This document shows positions 8,258 to 18,079 of a stretch of DNA of 64,000 nt, in pieces. Source of the DNA: a virus; the IMG/VR virus record IMGVR_UViG_3300034139_000007, positions 16,821-80,820 of that record, one strand, 5' to 3'. Below the pieces are notes generated by a model. It made no database searches and was not told the DNA's origin. It saw only the letters and a list, made by a program, of their open reading frames with translations. Both the position numbers and the translations under genes were made by a program. Position 1 is the first letter of the stretch. The number at the start of each line of letters is the position of its first letter.

Positions 8258-8794
8258 TTAGCCGACGAAACCCGTCATCATCGCGTGCAGAGTGTCGACC
8301 GATCCGTTGTTCACGATGGTCACGTTGACGTCCAGCGTGTCGATCAGCACTTCGGAGGAATGCTCCTCCCCGGTGCCGACCGGGCGGTCGGGTCGTTCGA
8401 TGCGGATGACCCGCCCACCGGCGTCCTGGATGGCCTGCACCTCGTTGGGGAAGCGGACGTCGGTGATGACCGCCTGCTGGACCTGCTTGGCCTTCTCCAG
8501 AGCGATGTCCACCCAGAAGCTGTCAGCCATCTGCTGGCGGCCCCACTCGGTCCCGAGACGCTGCAGGGCATAGCGCGGCGTCTGGCCAGCCAGGAGCGGC
8601 GTGGGGACCTCCTTCAGGTCCCCTTCCAGCATCCGATCGATCAACTCGTCGTCTGCCCCCTGGTATCGCAGCAGTGTGGCCAGCATCAGCTTCAGCGGGG
8701 TGGCGAAGGCCAGCTGCTCATAGCCGACCAGCGCGTCTGCTGCCGTGTTCTTGCCCGCCCTCTTGCGCCCGGCGACCCCGATAATCTTGGTCAT
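8258..8794 (-). CDS. deoxynucleoside monophosphate kinase
   Basis: IIGVAGRKRAGKNT P-loop, AFATPLK, TPRYALQRLGTEWGR, ITDVRFPNE, HSSE. Confidence 0.92.
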   Translation of the reverse strand: MTKIIGVAGRKRAGKNTAADALVGYEQLAFATPLKLMLATLLRYQGADDELIDRMLEGDLKEVPTPLLAGQTPRYALQRLGTEWGRQQMADSFWVDIALEKAKQVQQAVITDVRFPNEVQAIQDAGGRVIRIERPDRPVGTGEEHSSEVLIDTLDVNVTIVNNGSVDTLHAMMTGFVG

Positions 8795-9597
8795 GCTTCG
8801 ATCTCCTTACGGAACTGGACCCAGCCCCTGAAGTTGGCGTGGAACTCGGTGTCGCCAGACGGTGTGGCCTGGTGCTCGACGGGCGAGAGATGGGGCGGCC
8901 AGGCGACGGCCAGCTTCTGGAACAGGCCCAGGTCGTCCTTGTGTAGGGGCAGCAGCCCGTCGTGGGTGACGTAGCTGGTCCGCGCACAGCGAGCAGCGGA
9001 GATCTGACGTGCCTCTACCCCGGATCGATCCTTGTAGGCGTCCTGGATATACGGCAGGTGCCAGTCGCCCTCGTGCAGCAGTCGGGGGTCCGACGTCTCC
9101 ATGGCCAGCTTGATGGCCACGGCCAGCACCTGGATCGTCGGGTCGGCGTCCGGGTGGTCGCGCAGCAGCATGAAGTTGGCCCACTCGGTGGACGACACCA
9201 CCACGGTGATATGCGACCAGGGCTCGACCATGCGGTTCACGATCTGCTTGTGCCCGCCGAGCGCCGCCATCCAGCCAGCCGCGATACACATGGCGCGCCC
9301 CGACACTCGCCACAGCAGGCGCGCGGCGGTGAGACGCCAGCCTGACAGCTCCTCGCGTGCCTGCATGCCCGGCTGGTTCTTGCCCCAGTGGACGGGCTCG
9401 GCCATGTCGCCGACAATGGAGGCCAGCAGACGCTTGGTCGGGATGGCGCGGCTGGAGCCAGCGTTACGGCTGAAGACCCGGTGGGTCATGAACTCGGAAT
9501 GGATGAAGCGGGGGTAGCGCAGCTCCAGGGTGGTCAGGCGGATCGCGGTGTTGGCCGCGACGCTGTCGGCGATGACCTTGGCGGTGATGGTGGTCAA
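8791..9597 (-). CDS. thyX: FAD-dependent thymidylate synthase (phage ThyX type)
   Basis: YPRFIHSEFMTHRVFSRNAGSSRAIP, HKQIVNR, SAARCARTSY, HLSPVEHQA; TTG start with GAGAGG SD. Confidence 0.88.
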   Translation of the reverse strand: MTTITAKVIADSVAANTAIRLTTLELRYPRFIHSEFMTHRVFSRNAGSSRAIPTKRLLASIVGDMAEPVHWGKNQPGMQAREELSGWRLTAARLLWRVSGRAMCIAAGWMAALGGHKQIVNRMVEPWSHITVVVSSTEWANFMLLRDHPDADPTIQVLAVAIKLAMETSDPRLLHEGDWHLPYIQDAYKDRSGVEARQISAARCARTSYVTHDGLLPLHKDDLGLFQKLAVAWPPHLSPVEHQATPSGDTEFHANFRGWVQFRKEIEA

Positions 9598-9598
9598 G

Positions 9599-9859
9599 TT
9601 AGTCCTCTCGGGGATCGGTAAAGGTGAAATGGCTCCAGCCATCGATGCGCTTGGCCCAGTCCGGCACGATACCGTCGCGGGCGTCCTGGCTCTCGCACCA
9701 CTCCCACCATTCCCGGCGACGCTCGTCAGGGATCAGGTAGTAGTGGCTGCTGTCGTCTACGGCCAGACGGTAGCGGGGAAGGCCAAGATCGACCCTCCCC
9801 CGCACGATGCTCGGCGACAAGGGGACACAACGCCCCACGACCATGGGCTGGTCAGCCAT
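9599..9859 (-). CDS. hypothetical protein
   Basis: in-operon ORF overlapping neighbours; DDSSHYYLIP, Trp-rich. Confidence 0.65.
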   Translation of the reverse strand: MADQPMVVGRCVPLSPSIVRGRVDLGLPRYRLAVDDSSHYYLIPDERRREWWEWCESQDARDGIVPDWAKRIDGWSHFTFTDPRED

Positions 9860-10292
9860 CGATCAGGTTCCACTCATCGTTGGTGCGGCTGTCGACAAGC
9901 GTGTCCTCGACCTTGTAGCGCCACACCTTGAAGCCATGGGCCTGAAGAGCACGGACCAGGTGTTGCACGCGCAGCGACAGGTCGTTCTTGGACTTCGAGT
10001 GGCCGGTCATGAAGGTGTCCTTGGCCGACCGCTCCTCGGTGTCCTCGGCCCGCTTCTTCATCAGCAGCTCGGCCAGCTTGAAGTTGAACCGGCCAGCCAC
10101 CTCGGTGGCCAGTTCGCGGCGTTCATCGAAGACCGGCTCGATGGTGATATGGGCCTCCAGGTACAGAGGCACCTCGTCGAACTGGCCCATCAGGCGGTTG
10201 TCGTTCTGAGCCTTGCGACACCGACCCGTCGCGGGGTCGGTCTCGATCATATCGCCGATGGCGATGGCTTCCATTGCGCGTCCGATCAACAT
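9852..10292 (-). CDS. hypothetical protein
   Basis: in-operon ORF, AGGAGA SD; EAHITIEP...RYKVED motifs. Confidence 0.7.
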   Translation of the reverse strand: MLIGRAMEAIAIGDMIETDPATGRCRKAQNDNRLMGQFDEVPLYLEAHITIEPVFDERRELATEVAGRFNFKLAELLMKKRAEDTEERSAKDTFMTGHSKSKNDLSLRVQHLVRALQAHGFKVWRYKVEDTLVDSRTNDEWNLIDG

Positions 10293-10564
10293 CAGGTTCT
10301 CTCCTTTGCGTGGTCCAGCAGCAGCTTACGAGCTGCCCTGGCTTGGGCGACGATGCCCGATGCGCCCTTGACGCCCTCGAAGAAGGACCGAAGTCCTGCC
10401 TCGTGCGGCTCCATGTAGGCCTTGCCGAGCTTGGTGTAGAAGGTGTCCAGAAAGCTGCCAACGCCATAGCCGGTTAGCGCGTCGATGGCAGCGATCTCAT
10501 CCTCGTTCAGTTCGAGGACGGCAGTAGCCTCGACCTTTGTCGTGTGTCTGACGAAGCGGGCCAT
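10292..10564 (-). CDS. hypothetical protein
   Basis: MARFVRHTT... start coupled to upstream stop (TGATG). Confidence 0.7.
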   Translation of the reverse strand: MARFVRHTTKVEATAVLELNEDEIAAIDALTGYGVGSFLDTFYTKLGKAYMEPHEAGLRSFFEGVKGASGIVAQARAARKLLLDHAKERT

Positions 10565-11004
10565 CAGATCCCCCTCGCCGCCTTCACGGCCTGCTTGTCG
10601 GCGATCCTCTGGATCATCTCCGGCGTGTCGATGCGGGCCAGCTCGCGTCGGGCCTCCTCGTCCGTGGAGACGCCCTTCATGGCGTTGAGGCAGAGCAGCG
10701 TCACCATGACGCCGCCCACCTCCTGTGGGTACTCGCCCACCGGGCGGCTGTAGGCGTCGATGGTGGGCTTCAGGAAGTCGATCAGCGACAGCCCACCAGC
10801 CTGACACAGCTCCGCGGCCTCCTCGGCGAACCGGCGCAGCCGCATCTGGACGTCGGGATCGACACCCAGCACGGCGTTGACCTTGTCCAGCCAGGCGCCG
10901 TTGGCCGCCTGCAACTGGTCAAGCTGGCTCACCTCGGGGAGCGGGAAGCACAGGCGACAGCCGGAGCCGGGCCAGTCGTGCTCGCACATGTCCACGTTGG
11001 CCAT
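10564..11004 (-). CDS. MazG-like nucleotide pyrophosphohydrolase with N-terminal Cys/His cluster
   Basis: RLRRFAEEAAEL and QEVGGVMVTL helices of the all-alpha NTP-PPase fold; N-terminal CEH...CRLC. Confidence 0.6.
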   Translation of the reverse strand: MANVDMCEHDWPGSGCRLCFPLPEVSQLDQLQAANGAWLDKVNAVLGVDPDVQMRLRRFAEEAAELCQAGGLSLIDFLKPTIDAYSRPVGEYPQEVGGVMVTLLCLNAMKGVSTDEEARRELARIDTPEMIQRIADKQAVKAARGI

Positions 11005-12170
11005 CAGAGGACCCTCCCTTCAGTGCCCAGCCAGGCCTTCACGGTGGCCATGCGGGGGATGCCGTCGGCGGTGAAGCCGAAGTGCTGGACGGTCGCCGAC
11101 AACTGGCCGGAGCTGTCCGCCAGCAGGTCCATATTGAACTGCGACTGGCCGCCCTTGATGCCAGCCCCGAAGGTGCGGCCATCGGGCAGGCGGAAGGTGG
11201 CGCGCTTGGCATAGCGGCTGTAGTTGCCCAGCCCAGCCTCGACACGGACCAGCGGGAACTCGTTGTCGTCGAAGACCTTGCACTTCAGGTTCGACCACGA
11301 CCGCTTGCCGACCCGGTAGGCCAGGTCCAGCTTCACCATCGCGCCCTCGTAGCCATCGTCGATGAAGCGGCTGCGGTAGACGTCCACCTCACTGGTGTCG
11401 TTGACGGGGTAGAAGGGGTTCAGGCGGACCGTGCCGCTCTGGCCGATCTCATCACCCGTGAAGAGGCCCAGGTCCATCTGCAGCATCTCCCGCCGCTCGG
11501 TGTAGGGCAGCGGAGCCACGTCCGGCGACGGATAGTCGTAGACGTGGAACTGCATGACCTTGGCGGCCTCCAGCTGCTCCGGCCCCAGGTTCTTGGTCTT
11601 CTTCAAGATCGACGACAGCTGCTCGAAGTCGTCCTTGTAGTCGTGGTTGTACAGCTCACCGTGCAGAACGGCGTCGGGGAAGTCGCGGAAGAAGGGCGAG
11701 AGGGCCGACATGATATGCGGCACCGCCACGATAGGCTGACCCTCGCGGCTCGTCAGGCCGGTGGCCTGGGCGATGCAGCAGAAGCCATCCAGCTTGGGCT
11801 CGACGAAGACGCCGGTGCCCTGCGGCGACCTGGCACTGACGCGGTCCTTGGCGACCCGCGCCACGCACTTCTCGAACGTGGTGTCGGCCCACTTCTCGGC
11901 CAGCATGGGCGCGAAGAAGCGGGGCGTGTCGATCTCGGCGATGGTCTCGAAGTACTTCCGCTTCAGCTGGTAGGTGTACCCGGCGTCGATCTCGAAGGCC
12001 GCCTGCTCTTCATCGGTGCGCTTCTGCTTGCCGACGCAGGTGGTCCATTCGGACGTGACCAGATTGCCGCCCAGGATGCCGTGGGTGGTGCGGTGCTTGT
12101 TGCCCTCCTGCTCCATGGACCAGACGAGGACTTGGCCGGGCTTGCCCCGGCGATAGAGGATGCGGCTCAC
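11004..12170 (-). CDS. ATP-dependent DNA ligase
   Basis: PMLA, EPKLDG (motif I), GELY, FHVYD, EGAMVK, LK.K. Confidence 0.92.
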   Translation of the reverse strand: MSRILYRRGKPGQVLVWSMEQEGNKHRTTHGILGGNLVTSEWTTCVGKQKRTDEEQAAFEIDAGYTYQLKRKYFETIAEIDTPRFFAPMLAEKWADTTFEKCVARVAKDRVSARSPQGTGVFVEPKLDGFCCIAQATGLTSREGQPIVAVPHIMSALSPFFRDFPDAVLHGELYNHDYKDDFEQLSSILKKTKNLGPEQLEAAKVMQFHVYDYPSPDVAPLPYTERREMLQMDLGLFTGDEIGQSGTVRLNPFYPVNDTSEVDVYRSRFIDDGYEGAMVKLDLAYRVGKRSWSNLKCKVFDDNEFPLVRVEAGLGNYSRYAKRATFRLPDGRTFGAGIKGGQSQFNMDLLADSSGQLSATVQHFGFTADGIPRMATVKAWLGTEGRVL

Positions 12171-12379
12171 AGGGTGGCTCCATACTTAGCCAGCCCGTAG
12201 GCGTGGCCGATGCTGAGCGCGGCCATGCGGACGCGGCTCTCATTGCTGGCAGTGGTGTCCTCGTTGAGGGTGTCGTAGGTGCCAGCCAGCTCCTCCTCGA
12301 TGGTCGACAGAATGCCGACGGTCGCGGACAGCTTGGTCTCCAGCCGAGCGTTCTCGGCGATCAACTCGTCTTTGGTCAT
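12167..12379 (-). CDS. hypothetical protein
   Basis: in-operon, ATGA overlap, GGAGG SD. Confidence 0.7.
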   Translation of the reverse strand: MTKDELIAENARLETKLSATVGILSTIEEELAGTYDTLNEDTTASNESRVRMAALSIGHAYGLAKYGATL

Positions 12380-12576
12380 CGGAAGCCTCCCCCGAACAGG
12401 ATCAACAGCGCGATGAAGTAGTAGAACCCGGCCACGCTGGAAGCGCAGGCCTCCGGCGTCAGCTCGGGGAAGCGGGGTTGCAGCAGCCAGCCTGCGCCAT
12501 AGGCGATCCAGGTCAGTGCGGCGGGGAGACCGATCAAGCCTGTGAACCAGGCGCGGCCTTCTTCGGTGGTCTTCAT
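12376..12576 (-). CDS. small membrane protein (2 TM)
   Basis: two hydrophobic segments; overlaps next gene. Confidence 0.6.
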   Translation of the reverse strand: MKTTEEGRAWFTGLIGLPAALTWIAYGAGWLLQPRFPELTPEACASSVAGFYYFIALLILFGGGFR

Positions 12577-12604
12577 GGGAGAGTTTGCCCTTCTCCAGTT
12601 GATG

Positions 12605-12997
12605 TTACGAGTAGGTGTGAAAGAACTTCCTACCCTCGGTCTGCTTCCGTCGTGGGATCGAGTACTGGATGAACCAGTCGCGGTCCCGGCCTTGCATCAT
12701 CTCATGGGTGCCTGCCTCGTAATCGGCACGCGCCCGCGCGATGGCGTCTTGGTACTCCCGTGGCCACAACGGGTTGTCGGCGTGGCGCACGGCGATGATG
12801 TACTGGGGGTTGGGCTTGCCAGGGGCGTGGCCCAAGTCCTCGGGTGGTGGTCGGCGTCGCGCAGGCGGGGTGGCTGGTGGGGCCATCTCCGCACCAAAGC
12901 GCGCGACGAAATCACTGTAGGGTAGGTTGAGGCGCTCCGCTACTACTTCCAGATCGCCTCCGCACTCATCGTACAGGGCTCGAACGTCAATCTTCAC
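12605..12997 (-). CDS. hypothetical protein, possible N-terminal HTH
   Basis: GTG start with GGAGG SD; LEVVAERLNLPY HTH-like. Confidence 0.65.
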   Translation of the reverse strand: MKIDVRALYDECGGDLEVVAERLNLPYSDFVARFGAEMAPPATPPARRRPPPEDLGHAPGKPNPQYIIAVRHADNPLWPREYQDAIARARADYEAGTHEMMQGRDRDWFIQYSIPRRKQTEGRKFFHTYS

Positions 12998-15065
12998 TAA
13001 ATCCTCCAAGCCGGATGTGATGCGGCGCATCCACCTGCTTATGCGAAACCAGCAAGACTTGGGAGACCCTTTCTTCCAACATTCGAAGAACGCTGGAAGT
13101 TTGTTCGGCACGGAAGTCATCCATGCTGTCGTCGATTTCATCAGCGAGCATGATGCTGATGACCCGATTAGTGAGAACCTGGCCCAGAGCGATCCTTAAC
13201 GAAAGGTTAGCGCAAGCCTTGCCCGAGCCGGATAGAGTATCGAGGTCCTGGTTATCGACCTGGACGTTGAACTCATCATCGACGTTGACCAGGTTGCGCT
13301 GGCCTCCAGTCATCTGACGGAGCAGCTGACTTGCCACCGTGTTGAGCGACGGCAGGACATGCTGTTTGATCAGGCCACGGAGGACCGCCATCACTTCGCG
13401 CACCTTCCGGTGCTCTTCAGCATTGGTCTGGATTTCACCAACGACGCGGACGCCCTCGACATAGGCATCCTTGACCTGATCGTAGCGATCACGGGCGGCC
13501 TCGTATTGCTTCGAGGTCTCCAGCTCCACGGCCAGAGCCTGATACCGCTCCACCGCACCATCCAGCTGGCCCTTGCGGGTCATCTTCTCGGTGCGGTCGG
13601 TCAGCCAGGCCTCGTAGCCACGGGTCTGGTTCTGCCACGTCTCCAGGTTGGCCTCGTACTGGCGGCGGTCGGCCAACATGGCCTCGTAGTCCGCCATGTC
13701 GGCGAACTTTTTCTCGGCCACGGCCAGCTCGGACGCCAGAGCCACGCGCTGCACGGCCTGATCGATCATCCGACGGTAGGTGTCGATCTCACGCTCGGCC
13801 AGATCCGGCTTGGCGACGGGGGCCATCGCATCGAAGGCGTCCCACCGCTCGGCCTGGAAATCTTCCCACGCCTTCTGCATGCGGTCGATCTGGGCCGAAG
13901 ACATAGACGGCGCGTCCGGCTTCGGCATGGACGGCTGTTCCAGCAACGCCTCGGCGGCGATCAGCTCCTCCTTCAGGCGCGCGGCATGATCCGCGTGCAG
14001 CGCGAACGACGCCTTGCACTCGGGGCAGTCGATCTTCTCGACCCCGGCCAGTGCCGTGCGCAGCCGCTCCACCTCGGCCAGCTGGTTCTCGTAGTGGCCC
14101 CATTCATCGCGGTCGGACCAGCGTACTTCCATGATCGTCAGATCGACCACAGAGATGGCCGGCGGTGCATTGCTGGCCGCCCACCGCGCCTCGGCATCGT
14201 AGGCGTGGAAGGCGGTCCACGCCGCCTGCACCTGGTCCAGCAGCGCGTTGGTGAACGGAGCCGTCTCCGGCAGGGCGTTGACCTGTGCGCGCAGCGTGGC
14301 GACCCGCTCGCGGGCAGCGCCGCGCTTCTCGGCGAGGCTGATAAGGTTCGCTGCTGGGAGATCGACCTTGGTGGTCGGCTTCTCCGGCTTGGCAGGCTGC
14401 GGCGCGGCCAGCCAGCCCTCGACAGAGGCCAGCTCCATGGCCTCCTTCTGGCGTTCCTCGACCTGCCCGACCAGCTTGGACGATGGCACCCAGTCGTCGG
14501 GCTTCTCGGGCGGTGCGCCGGGCGGCGTCAGCCGCTCCATCATACCTTCCGCCTGCCGTTCCAGGGCCTTGGCCTCCTCGAGCGCCCACTTGGCCACCAG
14601 GTCTAGGGCGTTGAGCCCCAGGACGCTGTCGACCATGGCCTTGCGGGCCGTGGGGGTCATGCTGCCCAGCTTGCCGACCTCACCCTGATTGATCGAGCAG
14701 GCGATGTCGAAGACCGTCAGGTTGAAGCCCAGCTCCTCGATGACCTTGGCGTTGACCGGCTTGGTGCCAGTGGCCACGGTCACGTCGTTGCGCTTCATCG
14801 TGGCCCCGCGCGTGTTGCGCTCGATCTCGATGATATTGCCCTTGATGACGAACTCGCCCTTCACCGCCAGTGACTTGTAGTCGTCGGACTTGCCGCGCAG
14901 CACGGCGACCCCGAACAACAGGTACCGGGCCATCTCGAAGATCATGGACTTGCCACTCTCGTTCGGGCCGGTGATGGCGGTGAAGCCTTCCACGAACGAC
15001 AGATCAGCGGACAGGGTCCGGCCAGTCGTGGGGAAGGTGACGGAGTACTTCAGCTTACGGAGCAT
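12987..15065 (-). CDS. SbcC/Rad50-like SMC ATPase (recombination nuclease subunit)
   Basis: Walker A GPNESGKS, Q-loop INQG, coiled coils with CPEC hook, LSGSG signature, Walker B MLADEID, LVSH. Confidence 0.92.
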   Translation of the reverse strand: MLRKLKYSVTFPTTGRTLSADLSFVEGFTAITGPNESGKSMIFEMARYLLFGVAVLRGKSDDYKSLAVKGEFVIKGNIIEIERNTRGATMKRNDVTVATGTKPVNAKVIEELGFNLTVFDIACSINQGEVGKLGSMTPTARKAMVDSVLGLNALDLVAKWALEEAKALERQAEGMMERLTPPGAPPEKPDDWVPSSKLVGQVEERQKEAMELASVEGWLAAPQPAKPEKPTTKVDLPAANLISLAEKRGAARERVATLRAQVNALPETAPFTNALLDQVQAAWTAFHAYDAEARWAASNAPPAISVVDLTIMEVRWSDRDEWGHYENQLAEVERLRTALAGVEKIDCPECKASFALHADHAARLKEELIAAEALLEQPSMPKPDAPSMSSAQIDRMQKAWEDFQAERWDAFDAMAPVAKPDLAEREIDTYRRMIDQAVQRVALASELAVAEKKFADMADYEAMLADRRQYEANLETWQNQTRGYEAWLTDRTEKMTRKGQLDGAVERYQALAVELETSKQYEAARDRYDQVKDAYVEGVRVVGEIQTNAEEHRKVREVMAVLRGLIKQHVLPSLNTVASQLLRQMTGGQRNLVNVDDEFNVQVDNQDLDTLSGSGKACANLSLRIALGQVLTNRVISIMLADEIDDSMDDFRAEQTSSVLRMLEERVSQVLLVSHKQVDAPHHIRLGGFSED

Positions 15066-15267
15066 TGAGGCGGCCCTTGATCTTTTCGAACAGCTTCCAG
15101 ACCTCGTCGGCCCGGTGCTGATTGCTCGTGCCCCAGGCACGCAGGGAGTTGGTCTGGGCGGCCATCAGCATCTCCCGCAGCAGGCTGCGTTCGGTGTTGC
15201 TGATGTCCTCCAGACTATTGACGCAGTAGCTTAGAAACCCGACGGCGACTGTTGGGTCAGCCGACAT
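15055..15267 (-). CDS. hypothetical protein
   Basis: small ORF overlapping both SbcD-like and SbcC-like genes. Confidence 0.6.
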   Translation of the reverse strand: MSADPTVAVGFLSYCVNSLEDISNTERSLLREMLMAAQTNSLRAWGTSNQHRADEVWKLFEKIKGRLNAP

Positions 15268-16243
15268 TCTGGTCGTCCTCGTGCAGACGGTGTTCCTTCA
15301 GGCGGTCTCGCATGGCGGCGTCGACGGCGGGGGCCAGTCCGACCTGCTCGATGGCGCGACCCAGGAGCTGGTCGAAGTCAAAGGCCTCGAACTCAACATC
15401 CAGCGCCATAGCCTCCTCCTCCTGACCATCCCTGATCTGAGTGAGCTGGAGGCAATCAACCTGTACATCGAGACGTTCACCCGGCTGGAGACGGACCCGC
15501 AGATGCTTGTCCTGGAAGGCGTCCAGGTTGGCAAGGACGAAGGCCAGATCTCTGGTGACGTAGAAGCGTTCATCAGCGTCCTGGCTGTGGTCCAGCGGCT
15601 GCATGGAGCCTGTCACCTCGACCGGCAGGCCGTCGATGATCATGTCGCGCTTGTTGTGGTCGTGGCCGGTCACGGCCTGCTTGACGCCCAGCGCCTCCAG
15701 GGTGGCCGCGGGGATGTAGTTGGTGCTCTCGGCCTGTCGTGCATCGACGTCCCAGTGGCCATAGATCACGTCGGCACCACGGACCAGCTCGTCGTGCAGG
15801 ACGATCATCTCACCAGCGGTGTGGACGGGGTGCCATGGCATGAAGACGTGCTGCTCGCTGCCGATCACCAGCATGAACGGCTCGTCGGCGGCGATCATGA
15901 CGGCCTCACCCACGATGGCGGTGAAGATCCTGAAGGCCGTGACCTTCTCGGCATCGCGGCTGGCGTCGTGGTTGCCCCGGTACAGGATGTAGGTGCAATG
16001 AGGATTGGCCTCGACCGCTGCGAGATAGGCCATGGCTGCGCGCCAGATGGTACCGTAGGGCACGATGGCCTCGTCGAACAGGTCGCCGACCTGGACGTGG
16101 TGCGTGACGCCCTCGACGTCCATCAGGTTGGCTTCGAACTCTGCCCACTGCATCGCCTCGCGGTCCCCGCGACGGCCCAGTGAGACCCCGTTCTTCCAGC
16201 GTTTGCCGAGGTGAACGTCACCTAGTTTCTTGATCTTGGTCAT
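15257..16243 (-). CDS. SbcD/Mre11-like metallophosphoesterase nuclease
   Basis: GDVHLG, VGDLFD, GNHD, GHWD, GHDH motifs. Confidence 0.92.
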   Translation of the reverse strand: MTKIKKLGDVHLGKRWKNGVSLGRRGDREAMQWAEFEANLMDVEGVTHHVQVGDLFDEAIVPYGTIWRAAMAYLAAVEANPHCTYILYRGNHDASRDAEKVTAFRIFTAIVGEAVMIAADEPFMLVIGSEQHVFMPWHPVHTAGEMIVLHDELVRGADVIYGHWDVDARQAESTNYIPAATLEALGVKQAVTGHDHNKRDMIIDGLPVEVTGSMQPLDHSQDADERFYVTRDLAFVLANLDAFQDKHLRVRLQPGERLDVQVDCLQLTQIRDGQEEEAMALDVEFEAFDFDQLLGRAIEQVGLAPAVDAAMRDRLKEHRLHEDDQNVG

Positions 16244-16263
16244 GGTCCTGCCCTTGGTCGGTA

Positions 16264-16292
16264 GAAAGGCCGGTCCGTCGCCGGACCGGCCC
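16264..16292 (-). terminator. Rho-independent terminator
   Basis: GGCCGGTCC-N6-GGACCGGCC then TTTCT on - strand. Confidence 0.6.
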
Positions 16293-16299
16293 ATGGTTG

Positions 16300-16758
16300 T
16301 TAAACCAGCTTCAGATACAGCACGGTGATGATCGACCGTGCATCGAAGTCGCCGCCGTAGTGGCGCTTCAGGTCGTCATGAAGCAGCTCGGCGGCGACGG
16401 GGCCATGCTGGCCGTACTCGTGGTTGTCGGCGGCCAGAGCCTTCATGCGATCCCAGGTGCCGCTGTGGATGCTGACCACCTCGGCCTCGACGACCTCGTA
16501 TTCAGCATCCTCGGTCTTGGCCAGCTTGACCGTGTCGCCGATCTCGACGCGCTCGGCCCACTTCTTGCCGACGCGGAAGGTGTTGAACACGTCGCCCTTC
16601 TTCTTGCGGGGCTGGGGCGGGTTGGTGAACAGCATGACGCCGTCCTTCACGCCGCGCTCGGCCTTCTTGGCCGGTGCGGGGGTCTCGACCTTGGGCTCGG
16701 GGCCAGGGTCACCGACGGTCTTGTCGATCACGGGGGTCTTGGCGTTGGAGTTAGGCAT
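16300..16758 (-). CDS. ASCH/PUA-like domain protein
   Basis: FNTFRVGKKW...IGDTVKL...AEVVSI...LKRHYG pattern resembles the ASCH fold. Confidence 0.5.
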   Translation of the reverse strand: MPNSNAKTPVIDKTVGDPGPEPKVETPAPAKKAERGVKDGVMLFTNPPQPRKKKGDVFNTFRVGKKWAERVEIGDTVKLAKTEDAEYEVVEAEVVSIHSGTWDRMKALAADNHEYGQHGPVAAELLHDDLKRHYGGDFDARSIITVLYLKLV

Positions 16759-17338
16759 CGGGGTCTTCCTTCTTGGGCTCAACGGCGAACTTCGCCTTCG
16801 CGGTCAGGGCGACCGCAATCTGGTGTAACGTATCATCAAGCGCATGGTGCTCGCGACCGACGAATGGAACCTGCTTATCAAAGGCGGGAGCTGATGGGTC
16901 CATCCGCATCCCCCTGATAAAGCTCTGCATATCGATGCAGTCCCGGAAGAAGAACGGGTTGTCGACACCGGCGTCCTTGAAGCAGCTCTCGATGAACGGC
17001 CACTCGAAGCTGATCGGCTTGGCCCACAGGCGGGGCTGCTCCAGCGCACCCGTCACGCGGCGCACCCACTGCTGGTAGCGATACATGCCCTCGCCCAGGC
17101 TGACAGGGTCCTCGGTGGCCAGCCGGAAGGTCTCCGGGTCCTGCTTGTGCCACCAACCGCGCGTGTCCTCGCACCAGCTGCGCCAGGGTGGCATCTCCAT
17201 GGTGACGTAGAAGGTGTCGGGGCAGACGGTGCCCTCGGCGTAGTTGAACGCCACGCCGGCCAGGGAGAGCATGGCGTTGCGGTCGGGTCGGGTGCCGGTC
17301 GTCTCGATGTCCGACATGATGTCGTAGAATGCAGTCAT
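16751..17338 (-). CDS. 3'-5' exonuclease (DEDDh family)
   Basis: DIETTG, WAKPISFE, RDCID, HHALDD. Confidence 0.85.
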   Translation of the reverse strand: MTAFYDIMSDIETTGTRPDRNAMLSLAGVAFNYAEGTVCPDTFYVTMEMPPWRSWCEDTRGWWHKQDPETFRLATEDPVSLGEGMYRYQQWVRRVTGALEQPRLWAKPISFEWPFIESCFKDAGVDNPFFFRDCIDMQSFIRGMRMDPSAPAFDKQVPFVGREHHALDDTLHQIAVALTAKAKFAVEPKKEDPDA

Positions 17339-17790
17339 GGAACCCACTGGCTGTTGGCCCGACGCAGGAAGTCGAGCGCGAGAGATGAGGCCCCGTCAGT
17401 CTGGGCCTGCTGGACCAGCGCGTAGGGGAAGCGGAACCACTCGTCGGTCGACAGGTGGTGGTAGTAGACCCAGTAGCCGCCACCCGCCGAGACGGTCTGG
17501 CTGGCGGCTGACTTCTGCCCCGGCTTCAGGAGCTTGAAATCGAACCGGTCGTGGGTCGCGGTAGAGGACTTCACTTCGGCCAAGAACATCACGCCGTCAA
17601 GTACTACTAGACGATCTGCGGGCTGGGCCTTGATGTTCACGAAGCCGCCCTTCCCGACACGCCCCTGGTTCATGCCTGTCGCCTCGGAGGCGTCAGTGAA
17701 GGCATGGACGTAGGCTCGCTTGCCGAGCAGGGCGAAGTGCTGGTCGAAGATCCGTTCCGACGGCTTGCCGGTGTTCTTAGAACTCGACAT
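17335..17790 (-). CDS. PD-(D/E)XK nuclease, probable Holliday junction resolvase
   Basis: GKPSE, QPADR, LAEVKS, Q helix. Confidence 0.7.
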   Translation of the reverse strand: MSSSKNTGKPSERIFDQHFALLGKRAYVHAFTDASEATGMNQGRVGKGGFVNIKAQPADRLVVLDGVMFLAEVKSSTATHDRFDFKLLKPGQKSAASQTVSAGGGYWVYYHHLSTDEWFRFPYALVQQAQTDGASSLALDFLRRANSQWVP

Positions 17791-18079
17791 CTGGCATCCC
17801 CGTCGCAAGAAACGCACCCGGCTTCAGGCTGATGACCTGGGCGGTGGGCTGGGGCACGACACGGACGATGGTCCACGCCTTGTCCCAGTGCATCCCGGCC
17901 TCCTCGGTGGTCTCCAGGAAGGCCTTGGGGTACTTGCCCGGTTCGAGGAACTCGACCCGCATCTCTGCGGGCTCGTTCTTCTCTCCGTCCCAGCGCCACA
18001 GGATGCCGTAGCAGAAGTCCTGGCCCCTCTTCGCAGCGTCGGCCTTGATGCCCTCGATATGGTCAGCGATGGTGGTCAT
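17777..18079 (-). CDS. hypothetical protein
   Basis: in-operon ORF, ATGA overlap with polymerase stop. Confidence 0.7.
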   Translation of the reverse strand: MTTIADHIEGIKADAAKRGQDFCYGILWRWDGEKNEPAEMRVEFLEPGKYPKAFLETTEEAGMHWDKAWTIVRVVPQPTAQVISLKPGAFLATGMPDVEF

